From Octopus vulgaris (Eukaryota): a stretch of DNA of 64,000 nt. The stretch covers positions 110,918,001-110,982,000 of the forward strand of contig OX597816.1 of the NCBI GenBank assembly GCA_951406725.2, given 5' to 3'. The position numbers were made by a program, and so were the translations under genes. Every line of letters begins with the position of its first letter. Position 1 is the first letter of the stretch. The notes below the pieces were generated by a model, which searched no databases, had not been told where the DNA came from, and was given only the letters and a program-made list of their open reading frames with translations. Below, in pieces: positions 53,000 to 64,000 of this stretch.

Positions 53000-53310
53000 A
53001 TATGCGAGTGAGTGTAAGGATAGATATAGTGTGTGGGGAACGTGTGCAACAAGCTGGTAGTGGAAATTGTTTTGCAAAATTTCATCTGGTTGGAGTATTA
53101 TTATATATATGGTGAAAAGGAAAAGATATTATAAAGACTATATTGGGGCTTGGATTGAGAATGAGTAACAATAGTTGGGATGGGTTGATTAAACGATGTA
53201 GTTTGGATACAATATGTCAGGAGATAATTTGAGTGTTCACTTGCTGATATAGGACTTGAAAAGCAACATGTTGTATTCATTTAGAGTGACGATGACCTTG
53301 TATAATGCCA
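53000..53310 (-). mobile_element. possible GIY-YIG endonuclease relic (PLE)
   Basis: Minus translation ALYKVIVTLNEYNMLLFKSYISK*..TSFNQP loosely fits xxY(K)...YIG..H.SF. Confidence 0.25.
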
Positions 53311-53896
53311 TTATATCCCTATAAATGTAAATGTGAACATTGCTTTTGTGGTATCCATTCTTAAATTGTTTTTTCGTTCACTTTCTTTACGCAGAACTAT
53401 GTCTGAAGCGTTGCTCTGAATTGTTTTCTCCTTTTACATACAGTGTAATGTACAGAGGTAATATTTCGGATATAATATTCTTCAAGTCAATGAATGTGCA
53501 ACCCATTTCAATCATGTTGCTACCAGTTTAAGTGTTGGCTTACAGAATAACTAAACGGAAATGGATGAATGCTTGGAGTGAGTCAATATATCAAAGTCAT
53601 TTGAACTAGATTCACATTGTTTAGCTGTGAAAATGGCTGTATATTTTGTTTTATTGAGCAGTAAAAGCTGGCAAGTCTATGTCAACACATATTTTTTTAC
53701 TAGATTGAATCATTGGACAGTGGTCATGCTTCGCTACTCTCTTCAGTGCCATTTCGATCATGTAGACAAGAGCTTGCATTTCAGTCGGGTACATGTTTTT
53801 ATCGATACCACATTGTCAGAAGTTTAAGCTCTGATTTGATCGATTAAAGCATGGAGGCATGAACAGTAGTACTCACACTAACACGCACACGCAGAG

Positions 53897-53945
<49 letters not shown>

Positions 53946-55149
53946 AATTCTCCAGAGTCAGTGTATCAAATTCTACTCCCGAAGTTCTCGTCAAAACCTA
54001 TTTCAGTATTTATGAATCACCAAAGTCACTACACAGAGACACCGGACACTAAGTCACGTTATTACAATCCAGATACTGAAGTAAACTGCTATTTTAAAGT
54101 GTATATTGCGTATTTAAAATCATCATTTTGTGAATTGTTTAAACATACTAAAGATTAGTGATGATTATGCAAGGTATTTTATGAAGAGTATGTTAGCTAT
54201 TTGTTCTCCATATTTATAAAAAAAGTAACTGAATAAGGCTACTCATCAGCATTCGCGGAAACATTTGTTATAATATTATCACCAGAAGCAGCATAACCGC
54301 TGAAACATCACATCAGAAAGATCATAGCAGCGTTTCAATTACAGCAACGTCAAAAATAACTGTACTACAAACAATCACAAGAGACGATAACTTCTTTAAG
54401 TTTCATCCAATTTTTCGTCGTATACATAACTAAAGCAGAAAGTAGATCTTCAACACGAACTACGATAAGTAATGTATCCAAGTTAGCTTTCTGCAACATC
54501 AGAAATTATCCAAAAAGTTGATTCTGAATAAACATGGATGTAATTTGTTCCTAATTATTTGCCAGGAACGTGTTCGATTTCATTCAAAATTATATACGAT
54601 ACAAAGTATAAGCTAATGAAAACCAGGTATATGTAGCAAAATTATTTCTCGTGTTTATTCTTTAGATATATTTGACATTTACGATTGTTAAATATTTTCA
54701 TATTTCTTCTTGCACCCTTTTCCGCTAGACGCAGGGGTGTGTGAAACAATTTCCAAAAGTAGCAACTTCGAATCGTTTCTCTCACCATATTAAAGGTCTA
54801 AATATTATGTGGTTGTTGATTTTGTCCCACGTATCAGTCCTGATTGAAGTGGTTTGTCAGCAAAATTATTCTAACTGTGATGACTGCGACTGTGTACATA
54901 AGGAGGATTTTACTTTCCAATACATCACGCTATTTGGAGGTCTCAAATCAGGCTGAGGCCCCTCATTATTAGCAAGCCGTGTCTCTAATAGAAGCTACTT
55001 CGCATTGGTTCAATAATACAATCAGACGTGTGGAAATGACAGTGCAAAAACTCCATTGTGCTTTATGAAATATTTCAAGTACTTACCTTCATCTTTCTTA
55101 CTTTTGTGTTTGTTCAAGCTGGAATATTAAAATAATACTAAGCAGTCAA

Positions 55150-55790
55150 TGGCGTTAGACAGCATAGATATTAAAGTTGTTGAGGAGAAAAAACCGTAGA
55201 GGACTAGAAGTCATCTGAATATTGGAAAAAAGTGTTCAGCACTAAGGTGATTTACGCCGTTTCAAAGTGCCAGCATCATGACTGCTTCTCAATGTTCTGT
55301 AAACACTGTAAAAGCTGCAAGATGTGACATGGAAAATGCAAAAATGCAACGGAGACCACAAAGCCGCCCCCAGTAGTAAGGTGCACAACTGGCTTTCTGA
55401 CTGCGTCCTGCACGCCAGAACACATCCCCTCATCCTTGAGCAGGGCCTTAGTCTCACTTCAGATGGCAATATGAAGCTGTTAGAGACAGGTAAATCCCTG
55501 CTGGAGAAGGTTGCTGATAAGGAGAACATACGTGAAGCAGCATGATTTTTTGCTTTTAGCTATACCCATGGAAAGAGTCAGAAGTGATTGTCGGAGAATT
55601 TCTACCACTTCACCAGACGCAATTTCTATCCTCCTAATTTCTCTGATTCTGATCTCATGGATTAATAAGTGTGGAACACGGTACACACTTATCTGGTAAA
55701 CAAGATGAACGCAGCGTGCCAAGATCTTCCCAGGTACACAGCATGTGCCAGGACTTAGAACCTTGATGATGCCGTAATTATTGTGATGGC
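55150..55790 (+). mobile_element. DD37D/maT-like transposase relic, internally deleted
   Basis: CSVNTVK..CNGDHKAAPSSKVHNWLSDCV, KLLET..LEKVA, RTYVKQHD, GKSQK*LSENFYHFT and PPN..D..LMD*.VW across frameshifts. Confidence 0.65.
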
Positions 55791-55795
55791 AACTA

Positions 55796-55868
<73 letters not shown>

Positions 55869-58356
55869 TGGGTAGTGACAGACAGACAGAGATTCTTTTA
55901 CTGACTCTGCACTCTGCAATAAAGGTAAATATGGTTACTAACCAAATGAAATGGAATATTGGCAAACACTGTGAGATATGTTGGTGTATTTTCGCTGAAT
56001 AGAACAATTCGACTCAGTTTTGATTTAAAGTTAATAATTTTCGCCACAGATGTCGCTACTAATTCTTTAGAAAGTCGTACATTTTAGGCATGCTATCTTA
56101 CCTGAGTTCCTAATCAAAAAATGAATAGAATATTTTTTGTATTGAGTTTTATGCATTTTCAGTAACAAATAGATAACCAGAACAAAAAGTCCTTTCAGTT
56201 ATGTCTTCAGATTTCTAAGTTCTAAATACAAATCTTACTGCATAATTAACTTTGCGTTTCGACCCAATGGTGTTAATAACAAAAAGTAAAAACTGATATT
56301 TGTGTTGATACAATTCATTACACATATCTCAACATACGTTTGTCATTTGCCATTACCAGAAAACATTATTATGAATATGTAAGGATATGTCTCTAAATTT
56401 GGATAATGTTGTTCACCTAAAAGTTCAACTTGGTAACTGAAGCAATAGAATAAATATTACACCGTTCTTTTACTACTTGAAATAAGAATCAAATTTATAT
56501 TGGATCTTTGTATATTAGTGATGATAGTATTTAAATTTTACTGGATTATGTGCATACGCGATACCAAAATGTGACTACTTTGAGACCTTACAAAAACACA
56601 CCTCATACCCTCTTTCCATTTCTTTCTCTCACTCTCTCTCCCTGTCTCTCTCTCCATATCTCCTGTCTCTCTCTCATCTATTTATCTCTCTTTCTATTTA
56701 TCAACCTGCCCATCAATCTGCCTATCTCTTTATCTGTCTCTCTGTCTACCTGTCTATCTATATCTACGTTGCCATTGTTGAGACCGAAGAGAAATGAAAA
56801 AGGTATGTTAGATATACCATTCGGTGCTAATATGGTTGAACTCACAACATTTGAACTAGAATCATAGAATTCATCAATCTAACTATCTAATAATAATGAC
56901 GACTATGATGACGATGGCAATGAGGCAAATGATATTATAGTCTCGACAGGTGGCTCTTCAAATTGTAAGCAGTATCAATAGCAATCATAATCGTAAAAAG
57001 AAGAAAAACAAAAGTGAATATAAACGTATGAAAATAATTTATGTTTCATTTCCTGCAACCAAACATAGTAAGACTAGGCGACTCAAAGTTGTTACTATTC
57101 ATAAGCTGGATGTGTTTGGAAGAAAGTTTCCAGACTGGATGAAAATAGTATTTGATTCCTGATCAGTCTCTCAAATGATTTTGAAAGACATTGTTGTTCG
57201 TTTTGTAATGATTTCTTTAGTTATTCTATCGTGCAACGTCTCTGTCAATAGATAAGCAGAGTTCTACTGTTGTTTTTACATACGTCAATATGACACTGGT
57301 CACACCCAGGCATTCAGAAAATAACGATCAATCACTGATGTATATAATACAACCATTTTTCCAGATAGTTTGGCATCATATAAACAAGAAATATATCAAT
57401 CATTGGCAGATGGAAAAGAATAGGAAATGAAACAGATAGACAGTCATATAACAGTTTATAGTTATAATTTTTTTTAAAAGTAACAAAGGGAATGAGTGTA
57501 TATATGTGTATGTGCAGAGATATACGAGTGACTCTGCGCACGCGCGATGTGTGTTAATTAAACGTAGATGAAAATAAGAAAGAGAAGAATGAGAATCAGA
57601 AACGAGCATGATAGAAATAAATTGTATCTTTAAACTGCTCAATGTATTGACACCAAGTGATCTAACTATACTAACAGATGAAGATAATGGCCAATGTTCA
57701 AACAAATAATCCCCGTTCCTACGTCTTTAAATTGATTTTATTCCTCAATACAATTTATGGAATGACTCGGTCAATAAATAATCATATGGCTGAAGTATTT
57801 CATTATTTGAAATGTTGTCTCATGTATTTAATATAACGAATCCCTAAGAAATATTATTTATATCCATTTGATATTAAACAGTTAGATTCGGACAACAAAC
57901 AACTGGTTCATTAGTTGGGTAATTGAGCAGTAATCAAACTGGTTTTCCCTTTGCGCATTATTGTTACTTTATTATATAAAAATGGAGCATAAACAGACAA
58001 AGGCAAATATCTTTGAATGGCAATTGTAGCATGCAGCTTAAATAATATTCATATAAAATAATCAACTATCGCTTGTAAACTTACCTAGAACTATCTCAAT
58101 TATCTCTTTCCACTTTAAAAATGTGCATCATTTGCTTGGCTTTACCATCATTATTGCAACAGTCTCTAGGTCCAAATCTTCCCATAGAAAGCTAAACACT
58201 GACATTTTAAACTGTGTCAAGATGAAACCATAAATTACACTTGCTCCTAGTGACTTGGCTATCCAGATATATGAATTATATATGAATACACATACACAAG
58301 CACGAACACACGCACACACACACATTCACACATATATGTATGTCTATGTATATATA

Positions 58357-58405
<49 letters not shown>

Positions 58406-58464
58406 TGTGTGTGTGTGTGTGTATATATGTTTATGTGTGCGCGCGCGTGCGTTGTGTGAACATA

Positions 58465-58770
58465 GGCGCATGTGTGGCTGTGTGCGAAGAAGAATGCTTC
58501 CGAAACTCATGATTGTGAGTTCTGTCCCACTGCGAGACACCGTTGGAGAGTGTATTCTAGTATATCACCTTATATGTGTGAGTGTCTGCGCATGCGTGTC
58601 TGCAGGTTTATCTATGTGTGTGTGTTTGTCCTCAACCACCGCTTGACAATCGCTATTGGTTTTTGTTTATACTTAGCGGCTCGGCAAAAAGAGGGGTATG
58701 CCATCAGTACTAGCCTTTTAAAAATAAATATCGGGATTGGTTTGTGCGATTAAAGCCTTCAAGGTAGTGC
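58465..58770 (+). mobile_element. degenerate SINE (family C)
   Basis: tRNA-like head ggcgcatgtgtggctgtgtg...gagttctgtcccactgcg; 3' part cttagcggctcggcaaaaagag...ccttcaaggtagtgc resembles 36530-36620. Confidence 0.55.
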
Positions 58771-58960
58771 GAAAAATAACTTAGGAATGAGAACACAGGT
58801 TGGAAATTTTCCCCAAGACACCTGATGAAGGCTGGAGTGTATATCAGCCGAAACGTTGTGTTTACAACAAACAAGATGAGGACAAATATCCGTCAAATGT
58901 ATATATTGTAAGTAATGTAAATAATGTACTTAACTCCTCATCTCTTAAATATAGAGCTGT
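58770..58960 (+). mobile_element. short hammerhead-bearing repeat (PLE pLTR/retrozyme-like)
   Basis: Second copy of 51121-51272; contains an intact hammerhead core. Confidence 0.8.
58816..58863 (+). ncRNA. minimal type I hammerhead ribozyme with intact core
   Basis: AGACAC (helix I) CUGAUGA A GGCUG gaguguauau CAGCC (helix II) GAAA CG UU^ GUGUUU (helix I'). Helix III is the palindrome ACGU. Predicted cleavage is after 58857. Confidence 0.8.
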
Positions 58961-58961
58961 A

Positions 58962-59426
58962 CTTCTCGACTAGTCAGACATGTGCTCTTCGCAACTTTCC
59001 TCGTTATACAAGACAGGGTACGCCTGGAAACATCCTGCAATTTACCCTTTTCAGCCCTCGAACAGACAGCAGAAGACTCCAAAATTTCGTCACAGTTCGA
59101 TGATCTCTTCCCAGAATCTTTGATATTTCCAATGTTATTTTTGTTTTCCCATGCTCTGAAACGATGGTAGACTTCTTATTTGATGTTAAATCACTTTTTT
59201 GATCCACAATTACACTTTTATTGGACACTTGTCTAATAATTTAGCACGTTAAAGTTGTTGCTGTTCCACGAAATTGGTCGCCGTTTGTTTACAACTGCGC
59301 GGAGCCAATTTATTTTACAACAGTATGCGCAGACAGATTTTGCCATCACTCATTGAAAAATATCTGGAACGAATAAATGCTCTGTTATTTCTTAAAAACG
59401 GAGCTGACTGATAATTGGAAACAGTG
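58962..59426 (-). mobile_element. Tc1-family 5' fragment
   Basis: DQKSDLTSNKKSTIVSEHGKTKITLEISKILGRDHRTVTKF (Tc1-type HTH) and TIR-like TA|cactgtttccaattat. Truncated at the hammerhead repeat. Confidence 0.7.
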
Positions 59427-61074
59427 TATATATATGTGTGTGTGTGTGAGTATGTGTGTGTGAGTGAGTGTGTGTCACTAATATCACAAAATTATTAAAT
59501 GAAAAATATAAAAAGTTACATCGTAAATGTAGACACAGTGTACAATTACTGAATGCTAACTGCATCGGAGAAAACAATATTAATATATGCTGCTATAAAA
59601 TGGGTGCAAGTAAATAATTGGATAAAGTATTGCAACAAAAAGACTAATATTCTAGTGCATTCATTTGAATTTCAATTATATTTAACATATTTCTCATAGT
59701 GTATGGCACAAATGCCTATGCGTTTTCAAGATATGGTATAGTAACATGTAATCTAGTAGGTCCTAATACATGCTGATCTATACTGAAAGCCGGTAGAGAA
59801 TATTATTGCTGTGTTCGGTATTTTCTGTTGTGAACTGGCGCAGGAACGTATTACATTTCATAAGAATTCAAAGATAATATGCCAATAACATTATTTTTAG
59901 ACAAGGCATCTTCTGTTTCCAGCCATTTGCATTCTCATTCAATTTAAGATACGTCCACAAAAACCGAATTTCCTTTTCTTAGAATTACATTTGTTGCCAT
60001 ATCTGTTTGGAAATAGGTTTCTTGAAGCAATTAAAGTTAACGTGAATGAAGTAGGGACAATTGTCATTGATACTAAATCACCTACTGCATTCTGTAACCA
60101 TGTTACAAATCACAATGCATTTAATACAAGACATTTCCTGAAATTCCACGTATCTAATTATTTTACTCATTCTAACATGAAAAGAAAGATTCTGAACCAA
60201 AAAGCAACAAAAGAATATTACATGTAGAATCGACTCTCCAAAACAATATCATTACACGCTCGCCATAGTGATGATGTAAATACGCACATACATGCACTAA
60301 TATGCATGTATAAATAAATGCCCACAAGTATATAAGCACATATATATGTAGAGGTACATATGTATGCATGTACATGTTTATGTCTATGTATTGTTTAGTT
60401 TGGAAAAACATGTCTTTACAATCATATAAACATTAGAAATAGTTTCGCTACAGAAAATGCATATTACGTAGAGTCTAAATGATAACCTTAGTTTAGTCGA
60501 TAAACACTACCTTCAAAAACCTAAATACACGAACATATCTAATGCGCACATATTGAGTGTTTTCTTTAGATGTGTTCATAGTATAAAAATGTTAGTATGT
60601 CCAAGCGTGAAACAGAGGCAGAGTACTCCTACAGAAGTTAGCACCACACGTCCACTTACGATTTCCAGGACAAAAGCTGTTTTGTTTGTGTTGAAAGTGG
60701 AATGAAGTAATTCCAGTGAAGAGACAGACACACAAGTATATGTGTGCGCTATAAATGGTCCCTCGGAAATACATTCGCCAACTAGAAATCCTTGTTTAAC
60801 ATCTAAAATGGGTGAAATCTTACATGTATATCTAGGCGCATACGAACAATGAAAGAAAGCGTTGCATATTACATCATCAGATGGAGGATACTAAAAGAGT
60901 GTAAACTTCAATCTAACAGCAGTCAACTTAAAATGTATAAGTGTGGTTCGCAGTTTCTGTCAGCATGATTGCAAATTTGCTTCAATATACTGGCCGACTC
61001 TGCATCCCCAGCAGTTTTCCTTCCGTGACATCAATTAATATAAGACCGCTACACCAGACTGTGATACATACATA

Positions 61075-61346
61075 TATATTATTCTTAAAAATAAATAATA
61101 TTGATAGCGACTTCGAGGTTTCGGCCACTTAAGCCATCTTTAAACTGCAATACATTGAAGTTAATCTTGGCTATATACAGACTCTGTTGAGTTAAAATCT
61201 GCCCTAGTTGTATAGGTCTGAGGGGAGTGGTAATTAGGTTTTAGCGGGGACTATTATGGTGAAGTATTTCGGAGAAATTTTCAATTACATTTGGGATTAT
61301 TCTATTGTTTAGAATTTATTCATGTTAGTAGAACAGTGTAAGCAGA

Positions 61347-61398
<52 letters not shown>

Positions 61399-61930
61399 CG
61401 TTCCCCTTATACGATGTGTCAGTAGATTTAGTTATTTTTGGTTTTATTGGATCTAATCCTTTGCTTTGACGATGTAAAGTTACAAAGTCCAGTATTAAAA
61501 AAACTTATTGATTGGATGTATCAATGTTTTGTAATCATATTTTTAGAAGCCCATAAAAGAATGTACGTAGGTAGTATGTTTCACCTGTTCTGTTTCTTTA
61601 CTTGTCACTGGTGTTCCTTTTTAGGGTATTTCCTGTTTTAGGCAAGTGGGGGTTGTTAGTTGATCATGTAATGGTGTTGTTAGAATATAAATTTGTGTAC
61701 CTTGTGCTTTGAAATTCTCAAAGGACTGTGAGTATGCATAAAGGTTGTTGATCTTTATGTTTCTCTTTACGTGGTCATCGTTCTATAAACAAGTTGATTA
61801 GTATATAAACATTTTAACCATTGTATTTATAGAGGTAAAATTTGTGGGCTATGTGTTTAAAAATATTTCTTGTATTCTGTTTCAAAAGGTAACATTTCGT
61901 AATTTGTTCTTTTAGGCCTTTATGCCTAAA
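61075..61930 (-). mobile_element. Penelope-like relic ending in a hammerhead-like pLTR
   Basis: 61700-61870 is similar to 11760-11880 (YTNQ.YR.MTT*RET). A hammerhead-like motif lies downstream at 61105-61147. Confidence 0.5.
61105..61147 (-). ncRNA. degenerate hammerhead ribozyme (family 2)
   Basis: cagu UUAAAGA U GGC uuaagug GCC GAAA CCUCGAAG UC gcua. Two transitions from CUGAAGA; near-palindromic helix III. Confidence 0.55.
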
Positions 61931-62329
61931 TATATTAGATTTATAGCAAACCAGTTGCTACCACGATACAATCAACATATGCATACTTTTCGCAACCCAA
62001 GTAGGATAAGTTATATGTCATCGTCCAAACATAGGTGGACATGAAATTAAAAACACTCCAATTCACATTAGATGGACAATAGTCTCACATAGTCTCACAC
62101 GTACAACTCTAGCCAACTTCGTTCTAATGGGTTCTACCACATTCTAACATTCAATAGGCTACATTCTGAACCAAAACAATAACATCCTTGCCTAAATTTT
62201 TATTTTACAAAAGTATAGAGTAGTCCACGAGATTAATGTATATTCAAATTGTTTTTACTATGAATGAACATAAAACAAATATGTGTGTGTGCGAGCGCGT
62301 GGGGGTTTGTTTATGTCTATGTATATATG

Positions 62330-62425
62330 CATGTATGTATGTATGTATGTATGTATGTATGTATGTATGTATGTATGTATGTATGTATGTATGTATGTAT
62401 GTATGTATGTGTGTGTGTGTATGTA
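62330..62425. repeat. (TATG)n/(TG)n microsatellite, representative of many (TA)n, (CA)n and (TATG)n tracts (e.g. 416-582, 2211-2412, 33931-34039, 38508-38557, 45390-45545, 47257-47475)
   Basis: Direct reading; source of most Y/I/V/C-rich ORFs in the track. Confidence 0.95.
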
Positions 62426-64000
62426 TATTTTGTATATACTTTTTCCAAACGCTTATCTGAGTTTAATGATATAATATACCTAGGGCATATGCAAAGAATT
62501 GTAACCCAATCTTGAATCGAAAACCTGGTCCGCATAATTATAAGTACATTGTCTGAAAACAATAAACACTCGTTATTAAAACTTATGTAAGTATAATATA
62601 GGCCCTCTTCTATATATATTCACTTTGTTTTGAAATGTGATGTAGAGTAGATGCAGATTCTGAGGTAAATGTAGGTTGTTTTGCACTTAGTTTTGCACAG
62701 TTACCATATGTTAGTATTCTTTCCAGATTGAGTTATATGTTTTTTGGCTACTAAATAAAAGCTTTATAGCCACATGATTCTAAAGACTATAGATATTGTT
62801 TCAATTAATTCATGTATTCATGTATTCATAAGTGTTCATTTTAGTAGCTTTATCTTGTATGAAATTAAATTATATCGTACTATTAAAAGTGATGGAGGAT
62901 ATCTATATTTGATATTCGTCTCTGGTATTTACCTATTTTGATTAAGCTTAAGTCTGACGAGTAAATGAATTGCAGAATAAAATCTTGAATCAATGATTGG
63001 TCGTAGAGTTTGTTTGACAGGCACATAACACAACTTTCTCTCATCTGACTTATTCTACCTAACATAGTAAAGTGATTATTACTTACGTCTGAATAAGTAA
63101 GGAGAGATTTCAATGAGAGCAAATAGTAATATTATGTAGTTTCGCCATTCCCTAGGAGATGTAAGTAGTATGATAAGCATGAATTTAAAGTAAGACTTGA
63201 TTTACTCTCAAACTTAAAGTCTCTTCTGAATTGTCATGGCAAAACTATGCACAGTTAAAATATGATTTTTCATTACTCAAGTAATTATTTATCTAAAGCC
63301 AGTAAAATAAATACGTAGAACATGCAGAGGTTAATACAGTTGACTATGTTGATACTAATTTTATTGTCTTCAGAAGGATAATTACAGATTAAATGGAAGC
63401 CATATATACTCCTTAATTTTCTTTGACTGTGTGATGATGTTTTAAATTAGCCTTCAGGTGTATTCATCGATCACACATAAAGTATCGTTGGTTCGTTAAA
63501 TAATAGAAAACTCGGCAATTTGAAGGGAAGACACAAGCATAATTATATTAGATATGGAGAGGCAGGAATTAGTTAGTTGTAAATGGTTTAAATATTACAA
63601 TTTAATTGCACTAACACTAGATTAAGTAACTAATTATTCTTTCTTACGTAGGCTGCATTGCTACATAATGATTCGTGAGGCTTTTAATGACACCGGCTGA
63701 ATTGTATAATATTAAAACTAGCAAATCTTTTGAAGTGCGTAATATATACCCAACATGTTCCTACGTTATGTTATATCTTGTTAATCTTACCAGCAAATGA
63801 GGCTTGTTTCAGTTTTAAAGTATAATTTCATAATTAGTCGTTAAGAGGGCGGTGGACCACCTATATAATAACCTGCATGGTCATCCGTGCATTATACTTT
63901 AGTTAGTTAAAGAGGTGGAGTGAGTGAGAGGTGAAGTAAGAGTGAGCGAGAGAGGGAGGAATGAAGAAAGTAGTGAGGAAGAAGTAGAGAAAGGTGATTA

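Overview
AT-rich eukaryotic intergenic or intronic DNA, dense in microsatellites and decayed transposable elements. The SINE families and repeat make-up suggest a coleoid cephalopod such as Octopus (inference from recalled repeat consensus, not a search). Almost all ORF-track entries are microsatellite or antisense artefacts, and I found no intact host CDS, rRNA, tRNA or CRISPR array. Supported elements are: a near-intact D,D34D mariner inserted into an R4/Dong-type LINE; a second mariner whose 3' UTR is split by an 801-bp non-autonomous Helitron; further Tc1, DD37D, DUF4817-type and Chapaev transposase relics; an RTE LINE with a YADD motif; many tRNA-derived SINEs; Penelope-like (PLE) relics; and several fold-back inverted repeats. 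The most notable signal is a set of minimal hammerhead ribozyme motifs from at least three repeat families. One has an intact catalytic core (58816-58863) with a palindromic helix III that would need dimerisation. Degenerate copies also occur, two of them arranged back-to-back in a palindrome. A few weak minus-strand exon candidates hint at a spliced host transcript.
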